A DNA stretch of 64,000 bases, taken from the NCBI GenBank assembly GCA_041946805.1, contig JBHGBC010000014.1, positions 1 through 64,000 of the forward strand. Direction: 5' to 3'. Position 1 is the first letter of the stretch. The number at the start of each line of letters is the position of its first letter. Shown in pieces: positions 46,409 through 56,334 of the stretch. Source of the stretch: a bacterium. GTDB lineage: Bacteria > Hinthialibacterota > Hinthialibacteria > Hinthialibacterales > Hinthialibacteraceae. The position numbers and the translations under genes were made by a program. The notes beneath the pieces are model-generated. The model ran no database searches, was not told where the DNA came from, and worked only from the letters and a program-made list of their open reading frames with translations.

Positions 46409-48622
46409 ATGATTGACTTTGCCACCCATCGCTGGAAATTGCCCCTGCTCTGCCTGGGGCTGGCCGGAGTGCAGGGCCTGATCTTCGCCGGAGCGCAGTT
46501 GGCGGTCAACGGCGCGTTTTCGTTTCCCCTGGACGACAGCTTCATCCATCTGCAATACGCCAAGCAACTCGCCCGGGGCGAAATTTTCCGTTACCAGGAC
46601 GGGCAGCCCGTGACCAGCGGCGCGACCAGCATTCTGTACGCCTTCGTCCTCGCGCCCGGCTACGCCCTGGGATTCCAGGGGGATTTGTTTCTCTTCTGGG
46701 CGTCCCTTGTAGCTTTGACCTGCGCCGCGCTGATCTTTTACCTGTTGGTCCAGATTGGTATCCGGGCCGGGTATCCCCGGGCGGGCGCGTTCGCCTGGTT
46801 GCTGACATGGGTATCGGGCCTGACCGGCTGGGGCATCTGGTCGGGCATGGAAATCGCATTGCTTGCCTGCCTGATTCTGCTGGCGATCCATGAAATCCTC
46901 GGCCCCGCGCCTTCCCTCCCTCGCCTGTTCCTCTACCTGGGATTATTGGCTTTATGCCGGCCCGAAGGGGCGATCTGGGGGATCGTGCTCGGCGCGGTCC
47001 TGGCAGTTCGTTGGATCTCCGGCGCGCCCCTTTCCCACCGGAGGGAATCCGCCGCCGCTTTCCTCGCGGCACTGCTTTTCGCGGTTATCTGCCTGGCAGG
47101 CCCCTCGCTCTTCTTTTATTGGGCGACCGGGAATTCCAGCGGCAACGGATTGCTGGCCAAAAGTCTTCTTTATCACCCCACCCAGATGCCCTATGAAATC
47201 CTCGGGGATATCGTGGCCAATGCCGGCGCAATCGTCATGTTTCTGATGGGCGGGGGAATCCATGGTTTGGGGGAATTCGTTCTGCCGGGATTTCTCTTGT
47301 TCGTTGTGTTGGGCTTACTAGGCTGGACGATCCGTCCGGGGAGTGAGCCAAAGTGGCAGGCCTTGTCCATCGGCTTGCCCCTCCTGGCCGTGTTGGGCGC
47401 GGTGGCCACGCTCGAGGTCTGGCCGCTGCACAATTACCGCTACCTGGTTCCCTTTTTCCCCCTGCTTTTCTTATTGGCCGTGGTGGGATTGGAATCCCTT
47501 GGCCTTATGTTCCGTTTGAATGATTCAGTTCCCCTGGCGGCTGGAGTGGCGCTGGCCGCGCTGACGCAAGCCACCTATCTGCCTGCCTGGGCCACACGTT
47601 ATATCGAAAACTCCGCCACGATCCTGGAGAAGCAAAAAAACGCCGCGTTGTGGATCAACGGCAATCTCCCCGCCGGCCAATCCATCGCCATCAATGATGC
47701 CGGTGTATTAGCTTATTATGGACAAAGACCAGTATATGACCTGGTCGGTCTCGTCACGGACGACACCACGCTTGCTTACCGCATGGGCGAAGGCGGCCTC
47801 TATGAGCAGCTGGAGCGCCTGGATCCGCGGTCCCGGCCGGACTGCGCCATCGTCTTCCCCGCCTGGTTCCTCGAAATGAGCCGGATTTACGACGTTTTTT
47901 ATCAGCCCCGGGTCACCTTTCCCGATCCGTTCGATCCCGGATTCTCGAAAACCCTGTACCGGATCAACTGGAACTATCAAGGCATGGAAGACTGGCCCCG
48001 CGCCTCTTCCCTGCGCGAAGGCTGGATTTTGAAGGACCGGCTCGATACCGCCGACCTCGTGAGCGAATCCGAACATGAGTACCATGTTCAACGCCGGGGC
48101 TGGTCCTCGCCCGGCATACCTGTTCCCTTCCGCCGGAACTTCGGGTACCACGAGGAAATCGATGCCTTGTGGCCGGATATCGAGAACGAGCGGCGGGATT
48201 TGATCCCCACCCTGCGCCGCCAGGGGCTGCTCTACTTTTTCGACATCATCGACGCGGGGCGGCGGATCGATGGGGGGGAAACATTCGTCCTGAAGAATCT
48301 CGAACCGCACCAGGACGCGCTCTTGATCACACGCGTCTGCGAAACCACCGGAGAATACGAGACCTTCCTCTATCAGATGGATGTTTATGTGAACGGGATC
48401 TTCGTAAAAACCCTGGCCATCGAGGGAACACCCTGGAACTGGTACGAAGCCCGTGTGGAGATTCCCGGCGAGCTGATTCCCGGCTCCACCCTGAGTATCC
48501 GGATGGTTAACCGGGGCTCGGAACATTTCGCCTTTTATGATTCCTTCTATTATTGGATCTATCAGGAAAACCAGAATTTAGGAGAAAACGAGGAAAGGGG
48601 GGAAGAAGCGGAGAGAGAGTGA
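46409..48622 (+). CDS. Polytopic membrane GT-C-like glycosyltransferase with a soluble C-terminal domain
   Basis: LDDSFIHLQYA, GATS, SGME, RPEG, RYLVP and DAG...DLVGL motifs. Confidence 0.75.
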   Translation: MIDFATHRWKLPLLCLGLAGVQGLIFAGAQLAVNGAFSFPLDDSFIHLQYAKQLARGEIFRYQDGQPVTSGATSILYAFVLAPGYALGFQGDLFLFWASLVALTCAALIFYLLVQIGIRAGYPRAGAFAWLLTWVSGLTGWGIWSGMEIALLACLILLAIHEILGPAPSLPRLFLYLGLLALCRPEGAIWGIVLGAVLAVRWISGAPLSHRRESAAAFLAALLFAVICLAGPSLFFYWATGNSSGNGLLAKSLLYHPTQMPYEILGDIVANAGAIVMFLMGGGIHGLGEFVLPGFLLFVVLGLLGWTIRPGSEPKWQALSIGLPLLAVLGAVATLEVWPLHNYRYLVPFFPLLFLLAVVGLESLGLMFRLNDSVPLAAGVALAALTQATYLPAWATRYIENSATILEKQKNAALWINGNLPAGQSIAINDAGVLAYYGQRPVYDLVGLVTDDTTLAYRMGEGGLYEQLERLDPRSRPDCAIVFPAWFLEMSRIYDVFYQPRVTFPDPFDPGFSKTLYRINWNYQGMEDWPRASSLREGWILKDRLDTADLVSESEHEYHVQRRGWSSPGIPVPFRRNFGYHEEIDALWPDIENERRDLIPTLRRQGLLYFFDIIDAGRRIDGGETFVLKNLEPHQDALLITRVCETTGEYETFLYQMDVYVNGIFVKTLAIEGTPWNWYEARVEIPGELIPGSTLSIRMVNRGSEHFAFYDSFYYWIYQENQNLGENEERGEEAERE

Positions 48623-48623
48623 A

Positions 48624-48703
48624 TTCCCTCTCCCGGACCCTCTCCCAGAGGGAGTGGGGATTGTCTGAATCAGGATGGCCGGGATATCCAGGATGACCAA
48701 GAT
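48624..48703 (+). repeat. Composite BoxC-like + TTGTCTGAATCAGGAT repeat
   Basis: Matches 10024-10113 and 11283-11385; another palindrome at about 48856-48890. Confidence 0.8.
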
Positions 48704-49035
48704 CATTAGTGGATTCCATGCGGCGTACTTGGTTATGTTGAGATTTCGCAGCGACCTATTTACCGTAATGGAGTGTTGCATTTGAGCACTAATGACCCGG
48801 CAAGATCACAGCCTAAGGCGTAAGCCCGGGGATGGTTGGGGCAAAAGCATAGAATCCCCTCACCCACTGGAAGAGGGAGAGGGTGAGGGAAGCCCGGAAA
48901 GAGCGTCTTAGGAAATATTCGGGCAATCGTCCAACCCGTTGCATATGGTTATTTCAGGCCTCATGGGAAAACTCAACGGGACCTGGCGACTCTTCGTCGA
49001 ATGAGGTTTCGACTGGTTGCGCCGCCGCAGTATCC

Positions 49036-49065
49036 TTGATGCTTTTCCCTTAAATCGACTATAAT
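49036..49065 (+). promoter_or_regulatory. Putative sigma70 promoter upstream of the ECF sigma gene
   Basis: TTGATG-N18-TATAAT. Confidence 0.5.
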
Positions 49066-49198
49066 TACATCCGATCCATATCACCCGCGTTACCATGGCG
49101 GGATTCATCCGTTTGGAAGAGAACAGCGGACAGCTACGTAGCGGGTGACATGAAATTCAACCCCGGATTTCCGCGGGGAAGCTCTGGCGGGTAGTAGT

Positions 49199-49927
49199 GT
49201 GAAAGAAGCGGCAGGTTCAGCAGCGGCGGCAAGGGTGGATTTTGCGCATGCGGGCGTCGCGGAGCGCGGCCTCTCCCCAGACACGGCTAACCCAGGCGCG
49301 CCCGTTGGCACGTTGGACGAGAGCGTTTCAGACGAAGCGTTGATGCTTCTCTGCCAAAAGGGAAACCAGGAGGCTCTCGAAATCCTGTATCAACGGCACT
49401 ATAAACCGGTGTTTTTGTTTATTTTACGGATGATTCAAAACCGGGACATGGCCGAAGACCTGATTCAGGAAACCTTTATGCGGGTCTACAACAACCGGGA
49501 ATCCTGGCAGCCCCGGTCCAAGTTCACCTCCTGGTTGTACCGCATCGCGCGGAATATTTGCATCGACGAAAAGCGCCGGTACTGGAACCGCCTGGTGTAC
49601 ATGGATTCGCAACTGACGCCGCGCAACGGCAACGGTCAAACCAATCCCCTGGGAGAAACATCCATCCTCGACCGGGTGGAAGACACCAGCGCCGATGCTC
49701 ATACTCAGTTCATCAACAAAATCGATGAGGAAATCATCAAGAAAGCGATCAACCAACTTTCCGCCGAACAACGGGAAGTGATCATCTTGAACAAATATCA
49801 AGGAATGTCGTACATTGAGATATCCGAGATTCTCGGCGCGACGCCGGAATCGATCAAGCAACGGGCCTACCGCGCCCACTTGAGATTGCGCCAAATTCTG
49901 AAGCCTCTATTGGAAGATTTCGCCTGA
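49199..49927 (+). CDS. ECF RNA polymerase sigma factor (start uncertain)
   Basis: AEDLIQETF, FTSWLYRIARN and QREVIIL...GMSYIEISEIL. Confidence 0.92.
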   Translation: MKEAAGSAAAARVDFAHAGVAERGLSPDTANPGAPVGTLDESVSDEALMLLCQKGNQEALEILYQRHYKPVFLFILRMIQNRDMAEDLIQETFMRVYNNRESWQPRSKFTSWLYRIARNICIDEKRRYWNRLVYMDSQLTPRNGNGQTNPLGETSILDRVEDTSADAHTQFINKIDEEIIKKAINQLSAEQREVIILNKYQGMSYIEISEILGATPESIKQRAYRAHLRLRQILKPLLEDFA

Positions 49928-49946
49928 GGCCACACGCTGGGTTCTT

Positions 49947-50711
49947 ATGAGTCACCATTCCGAGATGAATACGCACGTTTGCCTGTTTAATCAAGAACTG
50001 CTGGTGGATTACGTTTCCGGCAATTGTGCGCCGGATGAGCGGCTGGCCGCCGAACGGCATCTGGCCCAATGCGCCGAATGCCGCCGTGAAGTGCTGGAGT
50101 TGGAAAAAACCTGGTGGGCCTTGGATGTCTGGCAGGAAGAGAAAACGCCCGGGGCGCCCCGCCTCAATGACCTCCGCTTGCGGCTCGCCGCCCAAACGGA
50201 TCGACGCGGCCTCTGGCCAATGATCCAGGACGCGGTCGGTTGCCGCCTGGCGCTTCTCCGCTTCCGGCTCTCCTCCCTCCACTTCAGCCCCGCCACTTCC
50301 ATCGCTTCCCTCGTGTTCGGTATCCTGGCCGCCGCCCTGGGGCTGACCTTGACTCAGCTCCAACAGCCCGGGTTTATCATCGCTCCGGCCATGGCCTCGG
50401 GTCCCGCGGCCACGGTCCCGGCTTCAAAATCCCTCCCGGCCGAGGCCGGCTCCACGTTCCTGGCGCGCTCCCTCGATGAACGGCTCGGATTAGACCGCGT
50501 GCCCACCGCCGATTCCCGCAAACGATACTTGAACGAAAAAATCCGCATGGGATACGACGGTCAACTCATTCCGGTCACTGCCATGAACTACGGCCACGCG
50601 CCCAGCCGGGAAATACCCGCCGCGTATCAGCCCGAGTTCCCTATCCGCCCCGCCGCGGCCCGTCCGTATGTGATCTACATGAGTGACACGGGGATGGTCG
50701 CCAGCCGGTAA
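49947..50711 (+). CDS. Zinc-binding (zf-HC2/ZAS) transmembrane anti-sigma factor
   Basis: HLAQCAEC motif, one TM segment, directly downstream of the sigma gene. Confidence 0.85.
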   Translation: MSHHSEMNTHVCLFNQELLVDYVSGNCAPDERLAAERHLAQCAECRREVLELEKTWWALDVWQEEKTPGAPRLNDLRLRLAAQTDRRGLWPMIQDAVGCRLALLRFRLSSLHFSPATSIASLVFGILAAALGLTLTQLQQPGFIIAPAMASGPAATVPASKSLPAEAGSTFLARSLDERLGLDRVPTADSRKRYLNEKIRMGYDGQLIPVTAMNYGHAPSREIPAAYQPEFPIRPAAARPYVIYMSDTGMVASR

Positions 50712-50939
50712 GCGAATCGTTCGCGGCATGGTCTCCAACTTCATTCCATGGATTCGCACGGAAAACACGTATCGAGTGGGGAGGTGGCATCCCATCCGCT
50801 CCAAGACGTGGGCGGATACCAAGATCCGTTCCTACAAAATTTCCTCGCCCTCGCCGTCTCCCGGAGGGAGAAGGGATTGGGGATTTACCTCCCCGGCCAG
50901 CCCGATTGAAGATCAGCCGAACATGTATAATAATCGGCA

Positions 50940-53060
50940 TTGACGCGCCGGCTGAACCATGCATCCACATCTTTCAGAAATTCCCGCACCCGCATGCGAA
51001 ATCCATTGACCGCCTTTTGGGGAATGAATCGGAGTGACGATCCGGATTCCACCTATTTCTCTCCCCTTCTTAACGCCATCCGGAATCAGAGTCATCCTTT
51101 GCGGCTTTGTGTTTTTCATACGGGAATGTTTTTGTGGCTTTTCCCCCGGCTGGATCTGCCCGTGCTGGACGACGCCAACTATTTCGGCCATGGCGTTCTC
51201 TTCGCCAAGTCCGGCCAGCCGTTGTATGGCGACTTGTATCCCCTGCAGACCTATTTCGCCGCCGGGCTCCACCAACTGCTGCCGTTTTCCAATGTTTGGG
51301 CGTATGCGGTTTATGCCTGGTTCAGCCAGTTGATCTTTCTGCTGGGAGCATACGTCTTCATCCAGGCGTTCACCCGGAATGCCGGATGGACGTTTCCGGC
51401 CGTCATCCTGGTGGCGGTGTCCGTATCTTATCCGTTCAACCTGAATGTCCAACTTTTCCCCGCCGGGGTGCTGTTGTGTCTTCTGGCCTGGATGGAATCC
51501 AAAAAATCCCTCGATCTCTGGTTTTCCATCTCACTGATCGGTATTGCTTATCTCTTGCGAGCTGAATACAGCCTGATCGCGGCGGGCTTCGCCCTGCGCG
51601 GCCTGTACCGGCCGATGAAAAACCACTCGATCCCGCGGATGTTTCTCCCGGGATATTCTTCGCTGGCGGTAGTGGTACTGGCGTTGGCCGCCGCCTGGCC
51701 GGTGACCTCCGGGGGAACCTGGACGGGGCGTTTTCATCATGAATTCGAAATCCAATTCGCCCGCTTCGCCCAGGAGAAAGGAATGTATGAACCGGCGGGG
51801 CTTTCCCCCTCCGCTCCGCCTTCCGAGGCCGTTAACGCCTTTTTCCCCCTCCGGCAACGGCGGATGGCGTTCCTGGCGGAGTGGTGTCCCGTGCTCGCCA
51901 CCGCCAGCGCCAATCCGGGGCGGTTCCTCGATTTCCTCACGCGTCAGGCCTCGCCCTTCTGGCGCGGTGATTTTTCATTCAGCGAATCCCGGGCCCTCTC
52001 GTCGTTTCTGAGTTTATACGTCGTGATCAGCCTGTTCATCCTGCTCGGAGTGGTTTTTCACCGACGGCAGTGGGATTATCTGTCCTTCCTCTATTACAGC
52101 GCGGTTTTCGCGGCAGGCGCGCTTCCCGTCTTATGCGGTTCGCCCACCCGCCACCACCTCCTGCCCGCGATCGTCTGGTTCGTGGGGGTGATTCCCTCGC
52201 TGTGGCTGACGTCCTCCCCCCACGCGCGCCTCTTTTTGTGCGGCCTGATCACCGCCGCCGTATTCAACCAGGCTCCCCATTGGACCGGGGAATTCCAGAA
52301 ACGGCAGGGTGAACGCAGCTGGCAGCGGGCCGATTTTGTAACGGCCGCCGCGCGCCGCGAATCGCTCGACAACATCTCCCTGGCCGAGCCGTACCCGATC
52401 TTCAGCGTGGCTTTCTGCCGGCCGGTGGGGACCTCCTCGGATTACCAGGCCGCCTGGGACGGCGCCGGGCATTTCCGCTCCAATGGCGGGACGGGCGCGG
52501 AGATTGAGTATGTGCTTCTTGAAGAATATCCTCCCGGCATGCCCGGCCCACCCGCCGAAGCCTTGATGCCGGTCTTGCGCCACAACGGGACGCTCGTAAG
52601 GGAGGAAGGCCCCTTCGCCTTGTGGAAGGTGGAACCCGTGCATGTCTTCGTGACGGACGATCTGATCCAGGAGACCGATTTATGCCTGAGGACCGATATC
52701 GACCTGCCGGACAAACGCCAGTTGGTGGTCCGTTGGGACCTGCCCGGACACGCGTTCACCGATTTTCATATATGGGTCCAGGTGGATGGGGGGGAGGAGC
52801 AATACCTGGGGCGGACGGCGTCGGGGAAAGCCACGCGGTTTGTCTGGGAGGATAAATCCGGACTCCCAGTGGAAGAAGTCTCCCGGAAGGAGAATGAACC
52901 GGAGCTCGCCGGGGCGTTTCGATCCGGGCCGGAGTTGAACCACCGGTATGAGTTCATTCTGTATGGCATCCCGCCCGGGGTAAATCCGGAGCAGCCCCAG
53001 GCCCCCAAACCCCAACCTTTCTTCACCAAGGGATCATTGGAGTACCGCGAGGCCCGGTGA
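50940..53060 (+). CDS. Polytopic membrane protein, GT-C-like, with a C-terminal beta-rich domain (start uncertain)
   Basis: LDDANY early loop, RAE, RHHLLP and many TM segments. Confidence 0.55.
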   Translation: MTRRLNHASTSFRNSRTRMRNPLTAFWGMNRSDDPDSTYFSPLLNAIRNQSHPLRLCVFHTGMFLWLFPRLDLPVLDDANYFGHGVLFAKSGQPLYGDLYPLQTYFAAGLHQLLPFSNVWAYAVYAWFSQLIFLLGAYVFIQAFTRNAGWTFPAVILVAVSVSYPFNLNVQLFPAGVLLCLLAWMESKKSLDLWFSISLIGIAYLLRAEYSLIAAGFALRGLYRPMKNHSIPRMFLPGYSSLAVVVLALAAAWPVTSGGTWTGRFHHEFEIQFARFAQEKGMYEPAGLSPSAPPSEAVNAFFPLRQRRMAFLAEWCPVLATASANPGRFLDFLTRQASPFWRGDFSFSESRALSSFLSLYVVISLFILLGVVFHRRQWDYLSFLYYSAVFAAGALPVLCGSPTRHHLLPAIVWFVGVIPSLWLTSSPHARLFLCGLITAAVFNQAPHWTGEFQKRQGERSWQRADFVTAAARRESLDNISLAEPYPIFSVAFCRPVGTSSDYQAAWDGAGHFRSNGGTGAEIEYVLLEEYPPGMPGPPAEALMPVLRHNGTLVREEGPFALWKVEPVHVFVTDDLIQETDLCLRTDIDLPDKRQLVVRWDLPGHAFTDFHIWVQVDGGEEQYLGRTASGKATRFVWEDKSGLPVEEVSRKENEPELAGAFRSGPELNHRYEFILYGIPPGVNPEQPQAPKPQPFFTKGSLEYREAR

Positions 53061-53081
53061 GAGAGAAGAGCCGCCGGGTTG

Positions 53082-53110
53082 TTGGCAAGGGGGAAATCTT
53101 TGTTTATACT
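53082..53110 (+). promoter_or_regulatory. Putative sigma70 promoter
   Basis: TTGGCA-N17-TATACT; supports ATG 53177 as the real start. Confidence 0.5.
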
Positions 53111-53176
53111 ATTGCGGTTTTACGCGCGAGACGAATCCTCGTTGAACAGTCTTACGAAAGCACTGGACCGATATCG

Positions 53177-56100
53177 ATGACGACCACCCCGCCGGCAGTT
53201 CCGGATCCATCCAGCCTGACCGACTGGGAGCGATGGGCTTCGCTTCTAGGCCGCTTGCTCCTGTTTCTGACCGCTTCCTTTGTCCCGCTGGTCTTCTACA
53301 CCTGGACCTGGCAGCACTACCAGGTGCCCAAGGTGACGGCGTTTCAATTTCTGATGCTGGCGCTGACCGCTTGTTGGGCGGTGAACGCATCCCGCCGGCG
53401 TTACGTCCGGGCGCCCTTGGCCACGCCGGCGGCCGCGTTTTTCCTGGCCGTGATGACCACCACCCTGGGGGCCGTAAACCTGGCGGAAGCCTGGGAAACC
53501 GTGGCGTTCACCTGCGCCAACATGCTTCTGATCGTGCTGGTCCCCAAGTTCCTCACCCGGTACAAGGATTACGAAATCCTGATCTATCTGTACGGGTTGA
53601 TGTGCCTGCTGGTGGACCTGTACGCGCTCACCCAGTGGTTCGACTGGGAGAGTGTGTTCCGATACGCCGGTCCGTTCGGCTTCAAGGACCTTAACACCCG
53701 CAAGCCGGTTTCGTTCATGGGCAACGAAAACTACGCGGCCGAGTTTCTCAACATGGCGCTGCCGTTGTGCGCGGCCATGATCCTGAACTACCGCCGGCAG
53801 GCGGGCCCGTTCATCTTTTTCAGCGTGATCACCCTGCTGAACTGCGTCACCATGCTGTATATCGACTGCAACGCCTCGTATATGGGCTTTGCCGTGTCCA
53901 CTCCCGTAACGCTGCTGTTGTGGATCTACTACAAGGGCATTCCCTGGTCGTTGAGCCGGGGGATCTTCCGCGTTTCACGGGCCGTGCTGGAGCGCCGGTT
54001 CCGCCACGCGCTGGTGGCGGGGATTCTTTCGTGCAGCGTGGGGGCGACGCTGCTCTGCGCCCTGCCCAATCCCCTCCGGACCCAGATCGTCTCGATGGTG
54101 ACCTGGGTGGACGTGGACGGCGACCTGGCGCCGGACGGCGTCGCGCCCATCGTCTTCCGGCTGCAGTGCATGGACGCGGCCATCCGGAACATATTCGATT
54201 CGCCCATCGCGGGCATCGGGGCGGGCAATTTCAAGGTCATGCACCCGTTGTATGAAAGCCAGTTGGAGCGCAAGGTGCTGGGCGAGGAAACCCTGGCGCG
54301 CGAGGTGCACAACGACCATCTCCAGCACGCGGTTGAATACGGCGTCTTCGGGCAGTTCAGCTGGTATTGGATCATCACCGCCACGTTTTTCGGGATTTTC
54401 GCTTCGCTGCGGATCCTGGCCCATCAGCGGCTCCTGACCCGGGAAAATCAAGCGTTGGGCGATTCCACCCGGCTGGGGATTTTCACGCCCAAGCAGCGGG
54501 AGTTTTTCTTCTACCTGCAGCTCGGGACCGCCGGCGGCCTGCTGACCGCGCTGGTCAGTTGCGCCTTCGGCCATACGTTCATCATCGCGTCCGGCACGGT
54601 GACCTTTTGGATGCTGACCGGCATGAGTTCGGCCGTTTATCAGAAAATCCGGTTCGCCGTGCAAGGCATCCCGCTCTCCAACATGGGGATCAGCCCGGAG
54701 CCGCTGACCCGCTGGCAGACCTTGACCCGCCGGATTCCCTCGTATGGCGCGGCGCTGACCGCCTTCGCATTGGTGATTCCCTTCGGGGCCTTGAACACCC
54801 GGCAGTTGATCGGCGAGACCTGGCTGCGCCAAGGGATGTCGTATCACGAAAGCGGAGATTATTACACGACCTTCAACTGCTTCCTCAACGCCGAGCGGAT
54901 CTATCCCTACCAGATGGAAACCTTTTACATTCTCGGACGCTATTACATCGATGCGGTGATGGCCTGCGAGAACGCGATCCTGGGCGGGGAGAAGGCGATG
55001 GAGAATCTGCCGCAGGGCCTGCGTCCGGATTACCTGCCGTATTACAACGAGCGCGGCATCGCCACGCTGCAGACCGACATCTTCATGAATCCCAACTACA
55101 AATGGGCCTATAACAACCTGGGCGTGCTGTATGACCGGTATTTTGAATTGGTGAAACCCGATTCCTCCTTCCGCAAGTTTTTCAACATCCCCGACGATCC
55201 GGCGAAGGTGGCGGCCCTCGAGGAAGCCAGCCGCCTGACCTACGGCCGGGTGTTGAGTATCGACAAGGAGCAGGTCTACGCGCATTACAACCTGGGACTG
55301 GGGGCTTTCAAACGCAAGGATTACAAGCAGGCCGCCGAGCGGCTCAACATGGCCCTGATGGTGGACCCGTCCCGGTATGAAATCTACCGCTACCTGGCCC
55401 AGTGCTTCATCAATCTGGAAGACTACACGCGGGCCTGCCGCGCCACAGACAAGTACCTGGAGAAGACCATCTACCAGCGGATCATGAGCCTCACCCATTC
55501 CTCGGAGGAGCGGAAAAAATACGCGTTGATTTTGGAATGTCTGGAAAAGGGCAACTACCTCCAGGCGGCCAAGCTCGCCCGGCAACAATTGGATTGGCAA
55601 AACGACGAACTCCAGAACTTCTACCTGAAGATCGCCACCGAGTTGGCCAAGGACGAGAGCCAGCACGAAACCGCCCTGGCGGCCCTCGAAAAGGCCGAGT
55701 GGATGGTGGCCTCCCCCCCGCCGCAGATCCTCCTGTATTACGCGAAACTGTTCCAATCGCTCGGAAAACTGCCTTCCGCCGCGGAAAAGCTGGAGGAATA
55801 CCACCGGCTGCGTCCGGAGGACGGCGATTACGCCCGGACCCTGCGCAACCTCTACGTGCAGCTGGGCGATCTCCCCAAGGCCGCCAATACGTCCAGCGCC
55901 ATCGTGCAACGCTTCCCGGACAACTGGCGGGACCTGATCACCCATGCCCGGATACTTCTGGGCACTCAAAAACCCTGGCCGCAAGTGTTTCCCTTCGTGC
56001 AACAGGCCATTCTCTCGGGCGGAGACGAAGCGCGGCAAACGGTGGCGGAAGACAAGCCCGGGAATTTCATCCATCTCTTCATCGACAAGGATCCCCGTCT

Positions 56101-56260
56101 GCAAGAACTGCTGGGGCCGCCCTTCGTGAAATCCCCCTCGCCGGCTCCGGCCCCGGCGCCCGTGCAACCATCCACTCCACCGGAAGCCCCAGGGACTGTT
56201 CCGGAGGCGACGGCCGCCCAGCCGGCGCCCACCGCGCCAGCGCCGGACGGCAACCGGTGA
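53177..56260 (+). CDS. O-antigen ligase / oligosaccharyltransferase (Wzy_C) family protein with C-terminal TPRs
   Basis: SFMGNENY, GIGAGNF, VHNDHLQHAVEYG; TPRs (AYNNLG, AHYNLG); Pro/Ala-rich tail. Confidence 0.85.
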   Translation: MTTTPPAVPDPSSLTDWERWASLLGRLLLFLTASFVPLVFYTWTWQHYQVPKVTAFQFLMLALTACWAVNASRRRYVRAPLATPAAAFFLAVMTTTLGAVNLAEAWETVAFTCANMLLIVLVPKFLTRYKDYEILIYLYGLMCLLVDLYALTQWFDWESVFRYAGPFGFKDLNTRKPVSFMGNENYAAEFLNMALPLCAAMILNYRRQAGPFIFFSVITLLNCVTMLYIDCNASYMGFAVSTPVTLLLWIYYKGIPWSLSRGIFRVSRAVLERRFRHALVAGILSCSVGATLLCALPNPLRTQIVSMVTWVDVDGDLAPDGVAPIVFRLQCMDAAIRNIFDSPIAGIGAGNFKVMHPLYESQLERKVLGEETLAREVHNDHLQHAVEYGVFGQFSWYWIITATFFGIFASLRILAHQRLLTRENQALGDSTRLGIFTPKQREFFFYLQLGTAGGLLTALVSCAFGHTFIIASGTVTFWMLTGMSSAVYQKIRFAVQGIPLSNMGISPEPLTRWQTLTRRIPSYGAALTAFALVIPFGALNTRQLIGETWLRQGMSYHESGDYYTTFNCFLNAERIYPYQMETFYILGRYYIDAVMACENAILGGEKAMENLPQGLRPDYLPYYNERGIATLQTDIFMNPNYKWAYNNLGVLYDRYFELVKPDSSFRKFFNIPDDPAKVAALEEASRLTYGRVLSIDKEQVYAHYNLGLGAFKRKDYKQAAERLNMALMVDPSRYEIYRYLAQCFINLEDYTRACRATDKYLEKTIYQRIMSLTHSSEERKKYALILECLEKGNYLQAAKLARQQLDWQNDELQNFYLKIATELAKDESQHETALAALEKAEWMVASPPPQILLYYAKLFQSLGKLPSAAEKLEEYHRLRPEDGDYARTLRNLYVQLGDLPKAANTSSAIVQRFPDNWRDLITHARILLGTQKPWPQVFPFVQQAILSGGDEARQTVAEDKPGNFIHLFIDKDPRLQELLGPPFVKSPSPAPAPAPVQPSTPPEAPGTVPEATAAQPAPTAPAPDGNR

Positions 56261-56334
56261 GGGTTCATCCCCCAGGGTTCCGCGCTGCCGCGCTAATCCA
56301 TCCTGCTTGCTGCCCTACAGATATATCTCCATCA

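Noticed and set aside
53975..56167. 730-aa minus-strand ORF
   Set aside because: Antisense shadow of the Wzy_C-TPR gene
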